From positions 1 through 37,263 of the IMG/VR virus record IMGVR_UViG_2778261172_000006: 37,263 nt of DNA; one strand, 5' to 3'. Origin of the DNA: a virus. Taxonomy: Duplodnaviria; Heunggongvirae; Uroviricota; Caudoviricetes. Each line of letters starts with the position of its first letter. Position 1 is the first letter of the stretch. Position numbers and translations under genes: made by a program. Of this stretch, positions 17,298 to 27,004 are shown in pieces. The notes beneath the pieces were generated by a model. That model worked only from the letters and a program-made list of their open reading frames with translations. It ran no database searches and was not told the origin of the DNA.

Positions 17298-18098
17298 ATG
17301 ATTACTCCTGCACAGCAACACTGGCAGAACGTGATGGCACAGCGCGCAGGCCGGGCGAATGAAGGCGTGGACCACGCCGCGCGTACCGCGCATGAAGAGG
17401 TGCTGTATCGTCTGCGTCTGGCACAGGCCCGGCTTAAGGGCGTACAGGCCAGAAGCGCGAAAGCCGCCATCAAAAAAGAGTTATTGCCGGACTTTTCCGG
17501 CTGGATTGAGGGAACGCTGGAGGCTGACGGCGGGCAGCAGGATGAAGTGATTGCCACGCTGATGGTGTGGGCGATTGACTGCGGCGATCTTCCGCTGGCG
17601 CTGCGTATTGGTGCGTATGTGGTCCGTCATAACCTCATTATGCCGGATAACTTTGGCCGTACTGCTGCCACGGTACTGACCGAAGAAATCTGCAACCCGG
17701 TACTGACGCAGGCCGGGACGGATGCCGACGCGGATTTATCCGCCTTTATCGAACCACTGGATACCCTCCGGGAGATTGTCACCGACCAGGACATGCCGGA
17801 CGAAGTGCGCGCCAAATTATGCAAGGCGTGTGCCTTTGCCCGTCGTGGCCTGACCGATGCAGACAGCATGGCCTCATCACTGAAGCTGCTGCGCGAAGCG
17901 ATGCACCTGAACCCGAACGCAGGTGTGAAACGCGAGATTGCAACCCTTTCCCGCGCCCTGAAAAAAGCCGATTCCGCAGCCGCACCAGAAGACGCCAGCA
18001 CACAGCAGACGCAGGACGAAAGCAGCAAAAGTAAAAAGACAACGCGGAAGCCTGCAACACGAAAAACCACCGCGACGCAGAAAGCGAAGCGCGGTTAA
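17298..18098 (+). CDS. M: terminase small (endonuclease) subunit (P2 gpM family)
   Basis: 266 aa; DMPDEVRAKL and AGVKREI motifs as in P2 M; basic C-terminal tail. Confidence 0.85.
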   Translation: MITPAQQHWQNVMAQRAGRANEGVDHAARTAHEEVLYRLRLAQARLKGVQARSAKAAIKKELLPDFSGWIEGTLEADGGQQDEVIATLMVWAIDCGDLPLALRIGAYVVRHNLIMPDNFGRTAATVLTEEICNPVLTQAGTDADADLSAFIEPLDTLREIVTDQDMPDEVRAKLCKACAFARRGLTDADSMASSLKLLREAMHLNPNAGVKREIATLSRALKKADSAAAPEDASTQQTQDESSKSKKTTRKPATRKTTATQKAKRG

Positions 18099-18200
18099 CG
18101 ACTGACCCCGTCAGCGGGCGGCGTGCGCGGTGTTCCGGTTTGACTCCGTGACCGTTTACACCGCGTACCCACCGCCCGATTTTTTTCAGGAGTGAACCCC

Positions 18201-18695
18201 ATGAGTATGGTTGCCAGAACCACCCCCGGACCCGCAGAGGACGACATCACCGATACCGATGATGGTGATACCCGTATTTCAGCGGGTGCATTCTGGCCGG
18301 ATATTGTGCTGCGCGAGCTGCGTCTGGCGATACGACTGCCGGGCCGTGTGACCACCTCCCGCCTGCTGCATACCGCCACCGGGGCCGTGGCACACGTTAC
18401 CCGCGAGCTGGAAGCATGGCAGCAGGAACAGCAGGCGGCTGGCCATCAGACGCTGGCCGATGTTCCGGCACCCGTAATTAACGGAGAAAGCGTCAATCTC
18501 TGGCACTGGCGCAATGCTGTTTATACCGCCACACGCGCCCTGATTCTGGAGCGTTATCGTGATGCAGACACAACGGACAAGGGCGACCGCCGGGCGGACG
18601 CTCTGGATATACAGACATCGGATTTGTGGCGTGATGTGAGCTGGGCCATCTCTGACATTCTGTGCCGCCCGCGAATCTTTGCGGAGTTGTGCTGA
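18201..18695 (+). CDS. L: capsid completion protein (P2 gpL family)
   Basis: ATG at 18201, 10 nt after AGGAG (track start 18192 is GTG); stop overlaps X start. Confidence 0.8.
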   Translation: MSMVARTTPGPAEDDITDTDDGDTRISAGAFWPDIVLRELRLAIRLPGRVTTSRLLHTATGAVAHVTRELEAWQQEQQAAGHQTLADVPAPVINGESVNLWHWRNAVYTATRALILERYRDADTTDKGDRRADALDIQTSDLWRDVSWAISDILCRPRIFAELC

Positions 18696-18895
18696 TGAAA
18701 GTGAAGGCACTGGAAGGCGACACCGTGGATTCGCTCTGTTTCCGGTACTACAGCACGACGCAGGGTGTCACCGAAAAGGTGCTGGATGCCAACCCCGGAC
18801 TCTGTCAGCAGGTATTTCTGGACGCCGGGCAGGAAGTGGAGATGCCGGAGCCGGAGAAGAAGAAACGAGAAATGATTCAGTTGTGGGGGGAGTAG
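18695..18895 (+). CDS. X: tail protein X (P2 gpX family)
   Basis: 66 aa starting MKVKALEGDTVDSLCFRYY, parallel to P2 X; ATGA overlap with L. Confidence 0.75.
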   Translation: MKVKALEGDTVDSLCFRYYSTTQGVTEKVLDANPGLCQQVFLDAGQEVEMPEPEKKKREMIQLWGE

Positions 18896-18897
18896 TA

Positions 18898-19221
18898 GTG
18901 AGCACCATTCAAACAGGGATCACAGAGCAGGTTATTGCGTGGCTCTTTGACCACCTGCCAACGGTGTATGCAGCAGGCGCGGCGGTCAGCATTTCCGCGC
19001 TGATGAGTCTTTATGACGGACGAACGCTGGTTCAAACCGTAACGGGATCGCTGGCGTGCGGCGTTCTTGCCATGGCCGTGGCCGGGTCGTTGCGCTTCTT
19101 CGGAGTTCCTGAAGATGCCGTGACGTTTTTCGGCGCATCTATCGGTTTTATGGGCGCAGAAAAAGCACGCGACAAGATCATTGCCGCCTTTAACCGCATA
19201 ACCCAAAAGGGAGATGAATAA
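18898..19221 (+). CDS. putative holin
   Basis: GTG start after GGGGGAG; 107 aa with two or three hydrophobic helices and a charged C-terminus; directly upstream of endolysin. Confidence 0.55.
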   Translation: MSTIQTGITEQVIAWLFDHLPTVYAAGAAVSISALMSLYDGRTLVQTVTGSLACGVLAMAVAGSLRFFGVPEDAVTFFGASIGFMGAEKARDKIIAAFNRITQKGDE

Positions 19222-19275
19222 GTCGCAGGCTTAAAGCCGGTAATCACCATAAAAATCATTCACAGAGGTGACGAA

Positions 19276-19821
19276 ATGAAATCGAAAGACGAAATTTTTG
19301 ATGTCGTTCTTGGCAAAGAAGGCGGCTACGTCAATCACCCGGATGACAGAGGCGGTCCGACAAAATGGGGTATCACTGAAAAGGTGGCACGGGCACACGG
19401 ATACCGTGGCGATATGCGTGATTTAACGCGCGGACAGGCACTGGAAATCCTTGAAGCTGATTACTGGTACGGACCGCGTTTTGATCAGATAGCGAAGCTG
19501 TCCCCGGATATTGCCGCAGAACTGTGTGACACCGGAGTAAATATGGGGCCGTCTGTGGCAACCAGAATGCTTCAGCGCTGGCTGAACGTATTCAATCAGG
19601 GCGGGAAACTGTATCCCGATATGGACACAGACGGACGCACTGGCCCACGCACGATTAATGCATTGCGTGCATATCTGGAAAAACGCGGTCGGGACGGCGA
19701 GATGGTGATGTTAACAGCACTGAACTGTACACAGGGTGAACGCTATCTGGAGCTGGCGGAAAAACGCGAAGCCAACGAGTCGTTTGTCTACGGCTGGATA
19801 AAGGAACGCGTGGCAGCATGA
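19276..19821 (+). CDS. endolysin, GH108-like with peptidoglycan-binding region
   Basis: Motif EGGYVNHPDDRGGPTKWGIT near the N-terminus typical of GH108-type phage lysins; GAGGTG RBS. Confidence 0.75.
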   Translation: MKSKDEIFDVVLGKEGGYVNHPDDRGGPTKWGITEKVARAHGYRGDMRDLTRGQALEILEADYWYGPRFDQIAKLSPDIAAELCDTGVNMGPSVATRMLQRWLNVFNQGGKLYPDMDTDGRTGPRTINALRAYLEKRGRDGEMVMLTALNCTQGERYLELAEKREANESFVYGWIKERVAA

Positions 19822-20225
19822 GGTTATGGACTTCTCTGGGCGTCGCTTTTCTTCTGATTGCCGCATGGGGAACATCCATGCGTCTGTCGTGGTCGCTGGG
19901 CCGGGAGAACGCCAGAAACGAAGCGCAGGCCAGCACCCTGAAAAGTACCGTCGACACCCTGAATATCATCAGCACCGGGGTACAGGATATGCAGCAGGTG
20001 CTGGCGCAACTCCGCGTGGAAAATCAGCAACGCAATCAGGACGGAGAGGTAAGACGTGAACAGCTACGCAACGATATTGCAAAAGATGAATGCGCCCACG
20101 CTTTGCCTGACGCTCGTTTTACTGACAGGCTGCGCAGGCACGCAGAACGCGCCACTGCCAGCGCCGTCAGTCCGGCTTATACCGCAGACGCTGACCATAC
20201 CGGTAACGCCTCCCCCCTTCCCTGA
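19818..20225 (+). CDS. lysB: inner-membrane spanin (LysB/Rz-like)
   Basis: N-terminal TM (LGVAFLLIAAWG) followed by a Gln/Arg-rich helix; ATGA overlap with endolysin stop. Confidence 0.6.
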   Translation: MRLWTSLGVAFLLIAAWGTSMRLSWSLGRENARNEAQASTLKSTVDTLNIISTGVQDMQQVLAQLRVENQQRNQDGEVRREQLRNDIAKDECAHALPDARFTDRLRRHAERATASAVSPAYTADADHTGNASPLP

Positions 20226-20376
20226 TACTCCCACATGGGGAAATCTCGGTATATGGGGCGACCGCCTTCTGGATGCACTGGAAACCTGTAACGCGGATAA
20301 ACGGGCCATTGAATTACTGGAACAGCGCAGGCTGCAACGACTGAACAACGAGGATAACAATCATGCTGAAAACTGA
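20056..20376 (+). CDS. lysC: outer-membrane lipoprotein spanin (LysC/Rz1-like), start embedded in lysB in another frame
   Basis: GTG start after GGAGAGG; lipobox LLTGC; proline-rich mature part. Confidence 0.6.
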   Translation: MNSYATILQKMNAPTLCLTLVLLTGCAGTQNAPLPAPSVRLIPQTLTIPVTPPPFPDTPTWGNLGIWGDRLLDALETCNADKRAIELLEQRRLQRLNNEDNNHAEN

Positions 20377-20830
20377 TTCCCTGCGTGAAGCCATGACCCG
20401 TTCATGCCGATGGTGTCAGGCTAACCCGGAAAAATTCACCATTTTCGTGGAGAGCGGCAACATTGAAACGACCGGAGAAACGCCCTCGTTTGTTTACCGC
20501 TATCAGATGGTGATGTTTGTCATGGATTACGCCGGGGAGCTGGACGACCTCACGCTGCCGCTACTGGCGTGGTTATCCGAAAATCAGCCACAGTTGTTGC
20601 TCAATCCGGAGCGTAATCAGGACATCAAATTTTCCGCCGTTATCAATGACGATGACAGCGCCGATCTCCTGTTTACGCTCCCCCTGCGGGAACGCGTTCG
20701 CATTACGCGCAGCAGTCAGGGGACACCGCAGGCAGAACACCTGCCGGAGCCAAAACCACGTCTGCCCTCTTCCGAAGGCGACTGGTCGCATGTATTCCAG
20801 GATATGACGTGGGGTAAAAGCGATGGATAA
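20363..20830 (+). CDS. R: tail completion protein (P2 gpR family)
   Basis: 155 aa; MLKTDSLREAMT...LLAWLSENQP parallels the P2 R N-terminus. Confidence 0.82.
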   Translation: MLKTDSLREAMTRSCRWCQANPEKFTIFVESGNIETTGETPSFVYRYQMVMFVMDYAGELDDLTLPLLAWLSENQPQLLLNPERNQDIKFSAVINDDDSADLLFTLPLRERVRITRSSQGTPQAEHLPEPKPRLPSSEGDWSHVFQDMTWGKSDG

Positions 20831-21458
20831 GGCATTCACCCGTGTGGATGAAACCTTTGAGGCTATCCGCGACAGCCTGAATCAGCAGGCCATCAATAAC
20901 ATCGCCAGAAAGCTGGCACAGGATTTACGCCGCGCCCAGCAGGCGCGTATCCGGTCACAGAAAGCGCCGGACGGGACCGCGTGGACACCACGCAGACACC
21001 GCGTAACCCGGATACAGGAACGCATTCGCTTTATCTGGAATAACGAAGCACGCACGCTGAAAAACTGGCATCACGACACGGGGAAATATGGGCGAACCAT
21101 TACCGGGTGGGATGAGGATAAAAACAATATCCGCACGTTTTACCGGGATGACATCGACCGTTTTCTGGAAATACGCACCCGGCGCATCAACCAGGACAGC
21201 ACCAGGCGCGTCCCCATGTTCGTAAAACTGCGCACCGCCCGCTACCTGAAAGCCCGTGCAGATGCTTCCGGTGTGACGGTGGGTTACAGCGGCGTGGCCG
21301 CACGTATTGCACGCGTTCATCAGTTCGGTGAGCGCGATCAGGTTGCGCCGGGCATTTTCACCGATTACCCGGTACGTGAGCTGCTGGGTATCAGCCAGGC
21401 AGATGAGCGCCTGATTTATAACACGGTGCTGGGCCGGATTGCGGAGGCTTTACGGTGA
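20823..21458 (+). CDS. S: tail completion / virion morphogenesis protein (P2 gpS-like)
   Basis: Position between R and V with overlapping junctions; longer than P2 S (211 aa). Confidence 0.7.
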   Translation: MDKAFTRVDETFEAIRDSLNQQAINNIARKLAQDLRRAQQARIRSQKAPDGTAWTPRRHRVTRIQERIRFIWNNEARTLKNWHHDTGKYGRTITGWDEDKNNIRTFYRDDIDRFLEIRTRRINQDSTRRVPMFVKLRTARYLKARADASGVTVGYSGVAARIARVHQFGERDQVAPGIFTDYPVRELLGISQADERLIYNTVLGRIAEALR

Positions 21459-22036
21459 GCGCAGAACTCATGCGACTGCTGAGCAATATCATCCGCACCG
21501 GGATCATCTCTGAAGTTGATGAGAAGTCCTGGCGCGTGCGCGTTCGCAGCGGCGAACTGGAAACAGGCTGGTTGCGCTGGAACACCACGCGCGCGGGAGC
21601 CTTCAATGTGTGGCTGCCGCCATCACCAGGCGAACAGGTGGTAATTGCCTGCATTGGCGGCAACCCGGAAACCGCCATGATAATTGGCAGCCTGTGGAGT
21701 GATGCCAGTCCGGCCCCCGGCAAAAGCCTGAAAGAAATCGTGGTCAGCGCGCCGGATGGCGCGGTGTTCCGCTACGACGCAGACGCTGGCGCACTGAGCG
21801 CCAGCGGCATGAAAACAGCCACCCTGCAGGCATCCGTCAGCGTGACACTGGACACGCCCGTCGTGGAATGCACAAACCTTCTGAGAACAGCGACGCTTGA
21901 CGTCACAAAAGGAGGAAAGATGAGCGGCAATATCACGCACAGCGGCGGCGATTTCACCTCAAACGGCATCACAGTGCATACGCATAAGCACGGTGGCGTT
22001 AAAGGTGGCAGCGATTCGACAGGAGGCCCGCAGTGA
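21455..22036 (+). CDS. V: baseplate spike protein (P2 gpV family)
   Basis: GTG start overlapping S stop; LSNIIRTGII N-terminus and C-terminal HTHKHGG as in P2 V. Confidence 0.88.
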   Translation: MSAELMRLLSNIIRTGIISEVDEKSWRVRVRSGELETGWLRWNTTRAGAFNVWLPPSPGEQVVIACIGGNPETAMIIGSLWSDASPAPGKSLKEIVVSAPDGAVFRYDADAGALSASGMKTATLQASVSVTLDTPVVECTNLLRTATLDVTKGGKMSGNITHSGGDFTSNGITVHTHKHGGVKGGSDSTGGPQ

Positions 22037-22383
22037 CAACCCGCTACACAGGAATGAACCCGGACGGAACGGGAAACCTGAACGATATGGAGCACCTGAA
22101 ACAGTCAGTCAGGGACATCCTGACCACCCCGCTGGCAAGCCGGGTTATGCGACGGGAATATGGCAGCCTTGTGCCTGATTTGATTGACGAACCCATGAAT
22201 AACACCACGCGTCTGCAATGCATGAGTGCTGCCGTGATTGCGCTGACACGATGGGAACCCCGCATTGCCCTGGACGCCATCGACGTTGTCTGGAAAGCGG
22301 GAGGCCGCGCCGGGGTGACGCTGTCGGGCACTGTCATGCAGACCATGCAGAATGTTGAGTTAACCATCACGCTGAGGGAGTAA
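22033..22383 (+). CDS. W: baseplate protein (P2 gpW, gp25-like)
   Basis: GTG start overlapping V stop; MTTRYTGMN...RVMRREYGSL parallels P2 W. Confidence 0.88.
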   Translation: MTTRYTGMNPDGTGNLNDMEHLKQSVRDILTTPLASRVMRREYGSLVPDLIDEPMNNTTRLQCMSAAVIALTRWEPRIALDAIDVVWKAGGRAGVTLSGTVMQTMQNVELTITLRE

Positions 22384-22386
22384 ATC

Positions 22387-23283
22387 ATGCCCGCCGTTGA
22401 CCTTTCACAGTTACCGGAACCCGCCATCATCGCGGAGCCTGACTTTGAGGCAATTCTGGCTGACACAAAGGCCATGATGATTGCGGCTTATCCCGCCGAA
22501 CAGCGTGAAGCCGTCTCCGCCGCGCTGGAGCTGGAATCGGAACCCCTGAACGTTATCGCCCAGACAACAGCGTTTCGTGAAATGCTGTTACGCCAGCGGG
22601 TCAATGAGGGTGCACGCGCCTGCATGTTAAGCCACAGCGCCGGGACAGACCTGGACAACCTCGCGGGCAATATGAACACAAAGCGCCTGGTTATCACTCC
22701 GGCAACGGATACCACCGACGCGGTGATGGAAAGCGACACCTCGCTGAGACTGCGGGCGCAACGGGCGTACGACGGCCTGAGTGTTGCTGGCCCGTCAGGT
22801 GCATACGAGTATTTTGCCCGCAGCGCCAGCGGTCTGGTGCGTGATGCGCGGGCTATCAGTCCGTCTCCGGCAAATGTGACGGTTTCCATCCTGTCCACTG
22901 AAGGCGACGGCACAGCAACGGAGGCGTTGCTTAATACCGTTCGCGCCGTTCTGAATGCAGAGGATACCCGCCCGGTGGCCGACCGCCTGACCGTACAGAG
23001 TGCCAGAATCGTGACATGGCGGCTGAATGCAAAACTGTACTTTTACCCCGGCCCGGAATCCGAACCTATTCTGGCCGCGGCGGAATCGTCGTTCAGGAAG
23101 TGGCTGTCTGAGCAGGGGCTTATCGGTCAGGACGTGGCGTTGTCCGCCATTGCTGCCGCACTGCATGTGCACGGTGTGCAACGCGTGGAGATAATCGAAC
23201 CCACACAAAATATGGCCATCAGCGACATACAGGCGGCGCGCTGTGAGTCATTCACCATCAGCGAAGGTGGGCGTAATGAGTAA
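22387..23283 (+). CDS. J: baseplate protein (P2 gpJ family)
   Basis: 298-aa ORF, GGGAG RBS, conserved position. Confidence 0.88.
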   Translation: MPAVDLSQLPEPAIIAEPDFEAILADTKAMMIAAYPAEQREAVSAALELESEPLNVIAQTTAFREMLLRQRVNEGARACMLSHSAGTDLDNLAGNMNTKRLVITPATDTTDAVMESDTSLRLRAQRAYDGLSVAGPSGAYEYFARSASGLVRDARAISPSPANVTVSILSTEGDGTATEALLNTVRAVLNAEDTRPVADRLTVQSARIVTWRLNAKLYFYPGPESEPILAAAESSFRKWLSEQGLIGQDVALSAIAAALHVHGVQRVEIIEPTQNMAISDIQAARCESFTISEGGRNE

Positions 23284-23806
23284 TTCACTGTTACCGCCAT
23301 CAGCCAGCAATTTCATGCGTTGTGCCGAAGCTGTCGGAACGCGCATTACAGACATTCCGGTAGACCTCAACACGCTGTGGTCGCCGGATACCTGCCCGGT
23401 GCATCTGCTGCCTTATCTCGCCTGGGCGTTTTCCGTTGACCGCTGGGATCGCAACTGGCCGGAAGAGACAAAGCGACAGGTGATTCGTGATGCATGGCTG
23501 ACACACCGACACAAAGGGACCATCAGCGCACTGCGCCGGGCCATTGAGCCGCTGGGATACCTCATTCGCGTGTCTGAGTGGTGGGAGTTCGGCGGAGAAC
23601 CGGGAACATTTACCGTTGAAGTCGGCACACTGGACAGTGGTGTGACGGAGGAAATGTATCTGGAAATGGAGCGGTTGATTGCTGATGCCCGTCCGGTCAG
23701 CCGCCACATGACAGGGCTAAATATCATTCAGGAAATTCCGGGGGATATTTTCGCAGCGGCGGCAACTTATGACGGTGAAGTTATTACCATTTATCCAGGC
23801 GATTAA
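23276..23806 (+). CDS. I: baseplate protein (P2 gpI family)
   Basis: ATG at 23276 overlapping J stop; 176 aa. Confidence 0.83.
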   Translation: MSNSLLPPSASNFMRCAEAVGTRITDIPVDLNTLWSPDTCPVHLLPYLAWAFSVDRWDRNWPEETKRQVIRDAWLTHRHKGTISALRRAIEPLGYLIRVSEWWEFGGEPGTFTVEVGTLDSGVTEEMYLEMERLIADARPVSRHMTGLNIIQEIPGDIFAAAATYDGEVITIYPGD

Positions 23807-23808
23807 GT

Positions 23809-25911
23809 ATGAGTACCACAACACGAAAATTTAAAACCGTTATCACCGATACGGGCGCAAAAAAATTAGCTCAGGCAGCCGCGCCAGATGGTAAGCCTGT
23901 CCGCCTGACTCATATGGCCGTGGGCGACGGTGGCGGCACGTTGCCCACACCAGACAGTAAGCAGACCCGTCTGGTGCATGAGGTGTGGCGACACACTGTT
24001 AATCGCGTCATCCTGGACGCAACACATCAGAACCGCATTATTGCGGAGCTGGTTATTCCTCCTGAAACGGGCGGATTCTGGATCCGGGAAATTGGTGTAT
24101 TTGATGAGCACGGCGATTTAATCGCGGTGGGCAATACTGCCGAAAGTTACAAACCAACCGTTGCCGAAGGGTCCGGACGTGCACAAACATTTCGCACCAT
24201 TCTGACCGTATCCAGCACTGCCACCGTGGCGCTTACCGTGGATAACACCATGGTGATGGCCACAGTGGATTACGTGGATGACAAACTGAAAGAGCATGAA
24301 CAGTCACGACGTCACCCGGACGCCTCGCTGACCGCAAAAGGCTTTGTTCAACTCAGTAGCGCCACTAACAGCGATTCTGAAACGCTGGCTGCAACGCCGA
24401 AAGCGGTTAAGGCCGCGTATGACCTGGCTAACGGAAAATATACCGCTCAGGACGCCACGACGGCACGAAAAGGGATAGTCCAGCTCAGCAGTGCAACCAA
24501 CAGCACGTCTGAAACGCTGGCAGCGACACCAAAAGCGGTTAAGGCGGTAATGGATGAAACGAACAAGAAAGCCCCATTAAACAGCCCGGCACTGACCGGA
24601 ACGCCAACAACACCAACTGCACGACAGGGAACGAATAATACCCAAATCGCAAGCACGGCTTTCGTTATGGCCGCGATTGCCGCACTTGTAGATTCGTCAC
24701 CTGACGCACTGAACACGCTGAACGAGCTGGCGGCGGCGCTGGGCAACGACCCGAATTTTGCGACCACCATGACTAACGCGCTTGCGGGTAAGCAACCGAA
24801 AGATGCCACCCTGACGGCGCTGGCCGGGCTTGCTACTGCGGCAGACAGGTTTCCGTATTTTACGGGGAATGATGTCGCCAGCCTGGCAACCCTGACAAAA
24901 GTCGGGCGGGATATTCTTGCGAAATCGACCGTTGCTGCCGTTATCGAATACCTCGGTTTACAGGAAACGGTAAATCAGGCTTCTGGCGCATTACAGAAAA
25001 ACCAGAACGGCGCAGATATTCCGGGAAAAGATACCTTCACCAAAAATATTGGGGCCTGCCGCGCATATAGCGCATGGCTGAATATTGGTGGCGATAGTCA
25101 GGTCTGGACAACCGCGCAATTTATTTCGTGGCTGGAGAGTCAGGGAGCATTTAACCATCCTTACTGGATGTGCAAAGGCTCATGGGCTTATGCAAATAAT
25201 AAGGTCATTACAGATACAGGTTGCGGAAATATTTGTCTTGCAGGTGCTGTGGTGGAAGTTATTGGTACTCGCGGCGCAATGACCATACGCGTTACTACGC
25301 CGAGCACGTCCAGCGGTGGCGGAATTACTAACGCTCAATTCACTTATATTAATCATGGTGATGCTTATGCTCCTGGCTGGCGACGAGACTACAACACGAA
25401 AAATCAACAACCTGCATTTGCTTTAGGGCAAACAGGAAGCACTGTCGGAAATGATAAAGCTGTTGGCTGGAACTGGAATAGCGGGGTCTATAACGCAAAC
25501 ATTGGTGGCGCATCGACATTAATCCTCCACTTCAATATGAATACGGGGAGCTGCCCTGCTGTACAGTTCCGCGTGAATTACAGGAACGGCGGTATTTTTT
25601 ATCGTTCAGCGCGTGATGGTTATGGATTTGAGGCTGACTGGTCAGAGTTTTACACCACGACCCGCAAACCCTCTGCGGGAGATGTTGGTGCATACACGCA
25701 GGCAGAATGTAACTCAAGGTTTATTACAGGTATTCGCCTTGGCGGTCTGTCATCTGTTCAGACATGGAATGGCCCCGGCTGGTCTGACAGGTCAGGTTAT
25801 GTCGTTACGGGTTCAGTTAACGGAAACCGTGATGAATTAATTGATACAACACAGGCAAGGCCAATTCAGTATTGCATTAATGGAACGTGGTATAACGCGG
25901 GGAGTATTTAA
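23809..25911 (+). CDS. H: tail fibre protein (P2 gpH family); C-terminal part encoded inside the invertible segment
   Basis: 700 aa; internal SSATNS-ETLAATPKAVKA repeats; C-terminus CINGTWYNAGSI; constant part ends at the left crossover site. Confidence 0.9.
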   Translation: MSTTTRKFKTVITDTGAKKLAQAAAPDGKPVRLTHMAVGDGGGTLPTPDSKQTRLVHEVWRHTVNRVILDATHQNRIIAELVIPPETGGFWIREIGVFDEHGDLIAVGNTAESYKPTVAEGSGRAQTFRTILTVSSTATVALTVDNTMVMATVDYVDDKLKEHEQSRRHPDASLTAKGFVQLSSATNSDSETLAATPKAVKAAYDLANGKYTAQDATTARKGIVQLSSATNSTSETLAATPKAVKAVMDETNKKAPLNSPALTGTPTTPTARQGTNNTQIASTAFVMAAIAALVDSSPDALNTLNELAAALGNDPNFATTMTNALAGKQPKDATLTALAGLATAADRFPYFTGNDVASLATLTKVGRDILAKSTVAAVIEYLGLQETVNQASGALQKNQNGADIPGKDTFTKNIGACRAYSAWLNIGGDSQVWTTAQFISWLESQGAFNHPYWMCKGSWAYANNKVITDTGCGNICLAGAVVEVIGTRGAMTIRVTTPSTSSGGGITNAQFTYINHGDAYAPGWRRDYNTKNQQPAFALGQTGSTVGNDKAVGWNWNSGVYNANIGGASTLILHFNMNTGSCPAVQFRVNYRNGGIFYRSARDGYGFEADWSEFYTTTRKPSAGDVGAYTQAECNSRFITGIRLGGLSSVQTWNGPGWSDRSGYVVTGSVNGNRDELIDTTQARPIQYCINGTWYNAGSI
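24340..24558 (+). repeat. tandem repeat of about 132 bp inside H, encoding GxVQLSSATNSxSETLAATPKAVKA twice
   Basis: Two 44-aa units visible in the H translation. Confidence 0.75.
24941..24974 (+). repeat. left crossover (gix-like) site
   Basis: TTATCGAATACCTCGGTTTACAGGAAACGGTAAA, inverted copy of 28002-28035 (31 of 34 identical); contains the TTCCTGTAAACCGAGGTTT core I recall for Mu gix. Confidence 0.85.
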
Positions 25912-25913
25912 TT

Positions 25914-26447
25914 ATGATGCACTTAAAAAATATTACAGCTGGCAACCCTAAAACAAAAGAGCAATACCAGCTAACGAAACAATTTAACATCAAATGGCTT
26001 TATACAGAGGATGGGAAAAACTGGTATGAGGAACAAAAGAACTTTCAGCCTGATACGTTGAAAATGGTCTATGACCACAACGACGTTATTATTTGTATTG
26101 AAAAGGATGTTTCAGCAATTAATCCAGAAGGCGCAAGCGTCGTTGAGGTTCCTGATATTACAGCAAATCGCCGGGCTGATATTTCGGGTAAATGGATGTT
26201 CAAAGATGGCGTAGTGATAAAGCGAACTTATACCGAGGAGGAACAGAGGCAGCAGGCAGAGAATGAAAAGCAAAGCCTGTTGCAACTTGTCAGGGATAAA
26301 ACCCAGCTATGGGACTCACAGCTACGGCTGGGCATCATTTCCGACGAGAATAAACAAAAATTAACCGAGTGGATGCTCTATGCGCAGAAGGTCGAATCCA
26401 CAGACACCTCCAGCCTGCCAGTAACGTTTCCCGAACAACCTGAATGA
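25914..26447 (+). CDS. G: tail fibre assembly chaperone (P2 gpG / Tfa family)
   Basis: 177 aa starting MMHLKNITAGNPKT; directly follows H. Confidence 0.85.
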   Translation: MMHLKNITAGNPKTKEQYQLTKQFNIKWLYTEDGKNWYEEQKNFQPDTLKMVYDHNDVIICIEKDVSAINPEGASVVEVPDITANRRADISGKWMFKDGVVIKRTYTEEEQRQQAENEKQSLLQLVRDKTQLWDSQLRLGIISDENKQKLTEWMLYAQKVESTDTSSLPVTFPEQPE

Positions 26448-26450
26448 GAC

Positions 26451-26480
26451 AAGGCCCGCTATCGGGCCTTAATTTTTATT
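26451..26480. terminator. bidirectional terminator between the convergent tfa genes
   Basis: AAGGCCCG-CTAT-CGGGCCTT hairpin followed by AATTTTTATT. Confidence 0.65.
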
Positions 26481-27003
26481 CAGGCTTTTGTGGCCATTCA
26501 GGATTTGCCGTATCCACACGGCTGACCAGAACACTGTAGCGTTCCCATGACTCCAGTCGTGCGCGCTCCTCATCCGTCGCCATATTCAGCCTGACAGCGC
26601 GTTCCAGTGGCTGAATAACGCTTTCTGCTTCGGAAAGTAACGCAGCCTTTTGTGATTCGGCCTGTTGTTGCTGTTCATCAGCCGTATAAATCCGTTTAAC
26701 CACAGCTCCGTCCTTAAACATCCACTTTCCTGAATCATCAGCGCGGCGGTTGGCTGTAATATCGGGAACCTCAACGACGCTAAAGCCTTCAGGGTTAAGC
26801 GTAGAGGCATCCTTGGTGATAGCGACAATAATATTATTTTCATCGTAAACAATCTTTATTGTGTCTGGCTGAAAGTTTTTCACTTCCTCATACCAGTTTT
26901 TTCCGTCTTCGGACCACAACCAGATAACGTCAAAATTCTTTGTTAATTCGTACTGCTCCAGTGTTTTAGCATTACCCGTTTTTATATTCTTTAAGTGCAT
27001 CAT
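26476..27003 (-). CDS. alternative tail fibre assembly chaperone (Tfa', inverse orientation)
   Basis: 175 aa, N-terminus [14 protein letters not shown] paralogous to G; minus strand inside the invertible segment. Confidence 0.85.
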   Translation of the reverse strand: MMHLKNIKTGNAKTLEQYELTKNFDVIWLWSEDGKNWYEEVKNFQPDTIKIVYDENNIIVAITKDASTLNPEGFSVVEVPDITANRRADDSGKWMFKDGAVVKRIYTADEQQQQAESQKAALLSEAESVIQPLERAVRLNMATDEERARLESWERYSVLVSRVDTANPEWPQKPE

Positions 27004-27004
27004 A

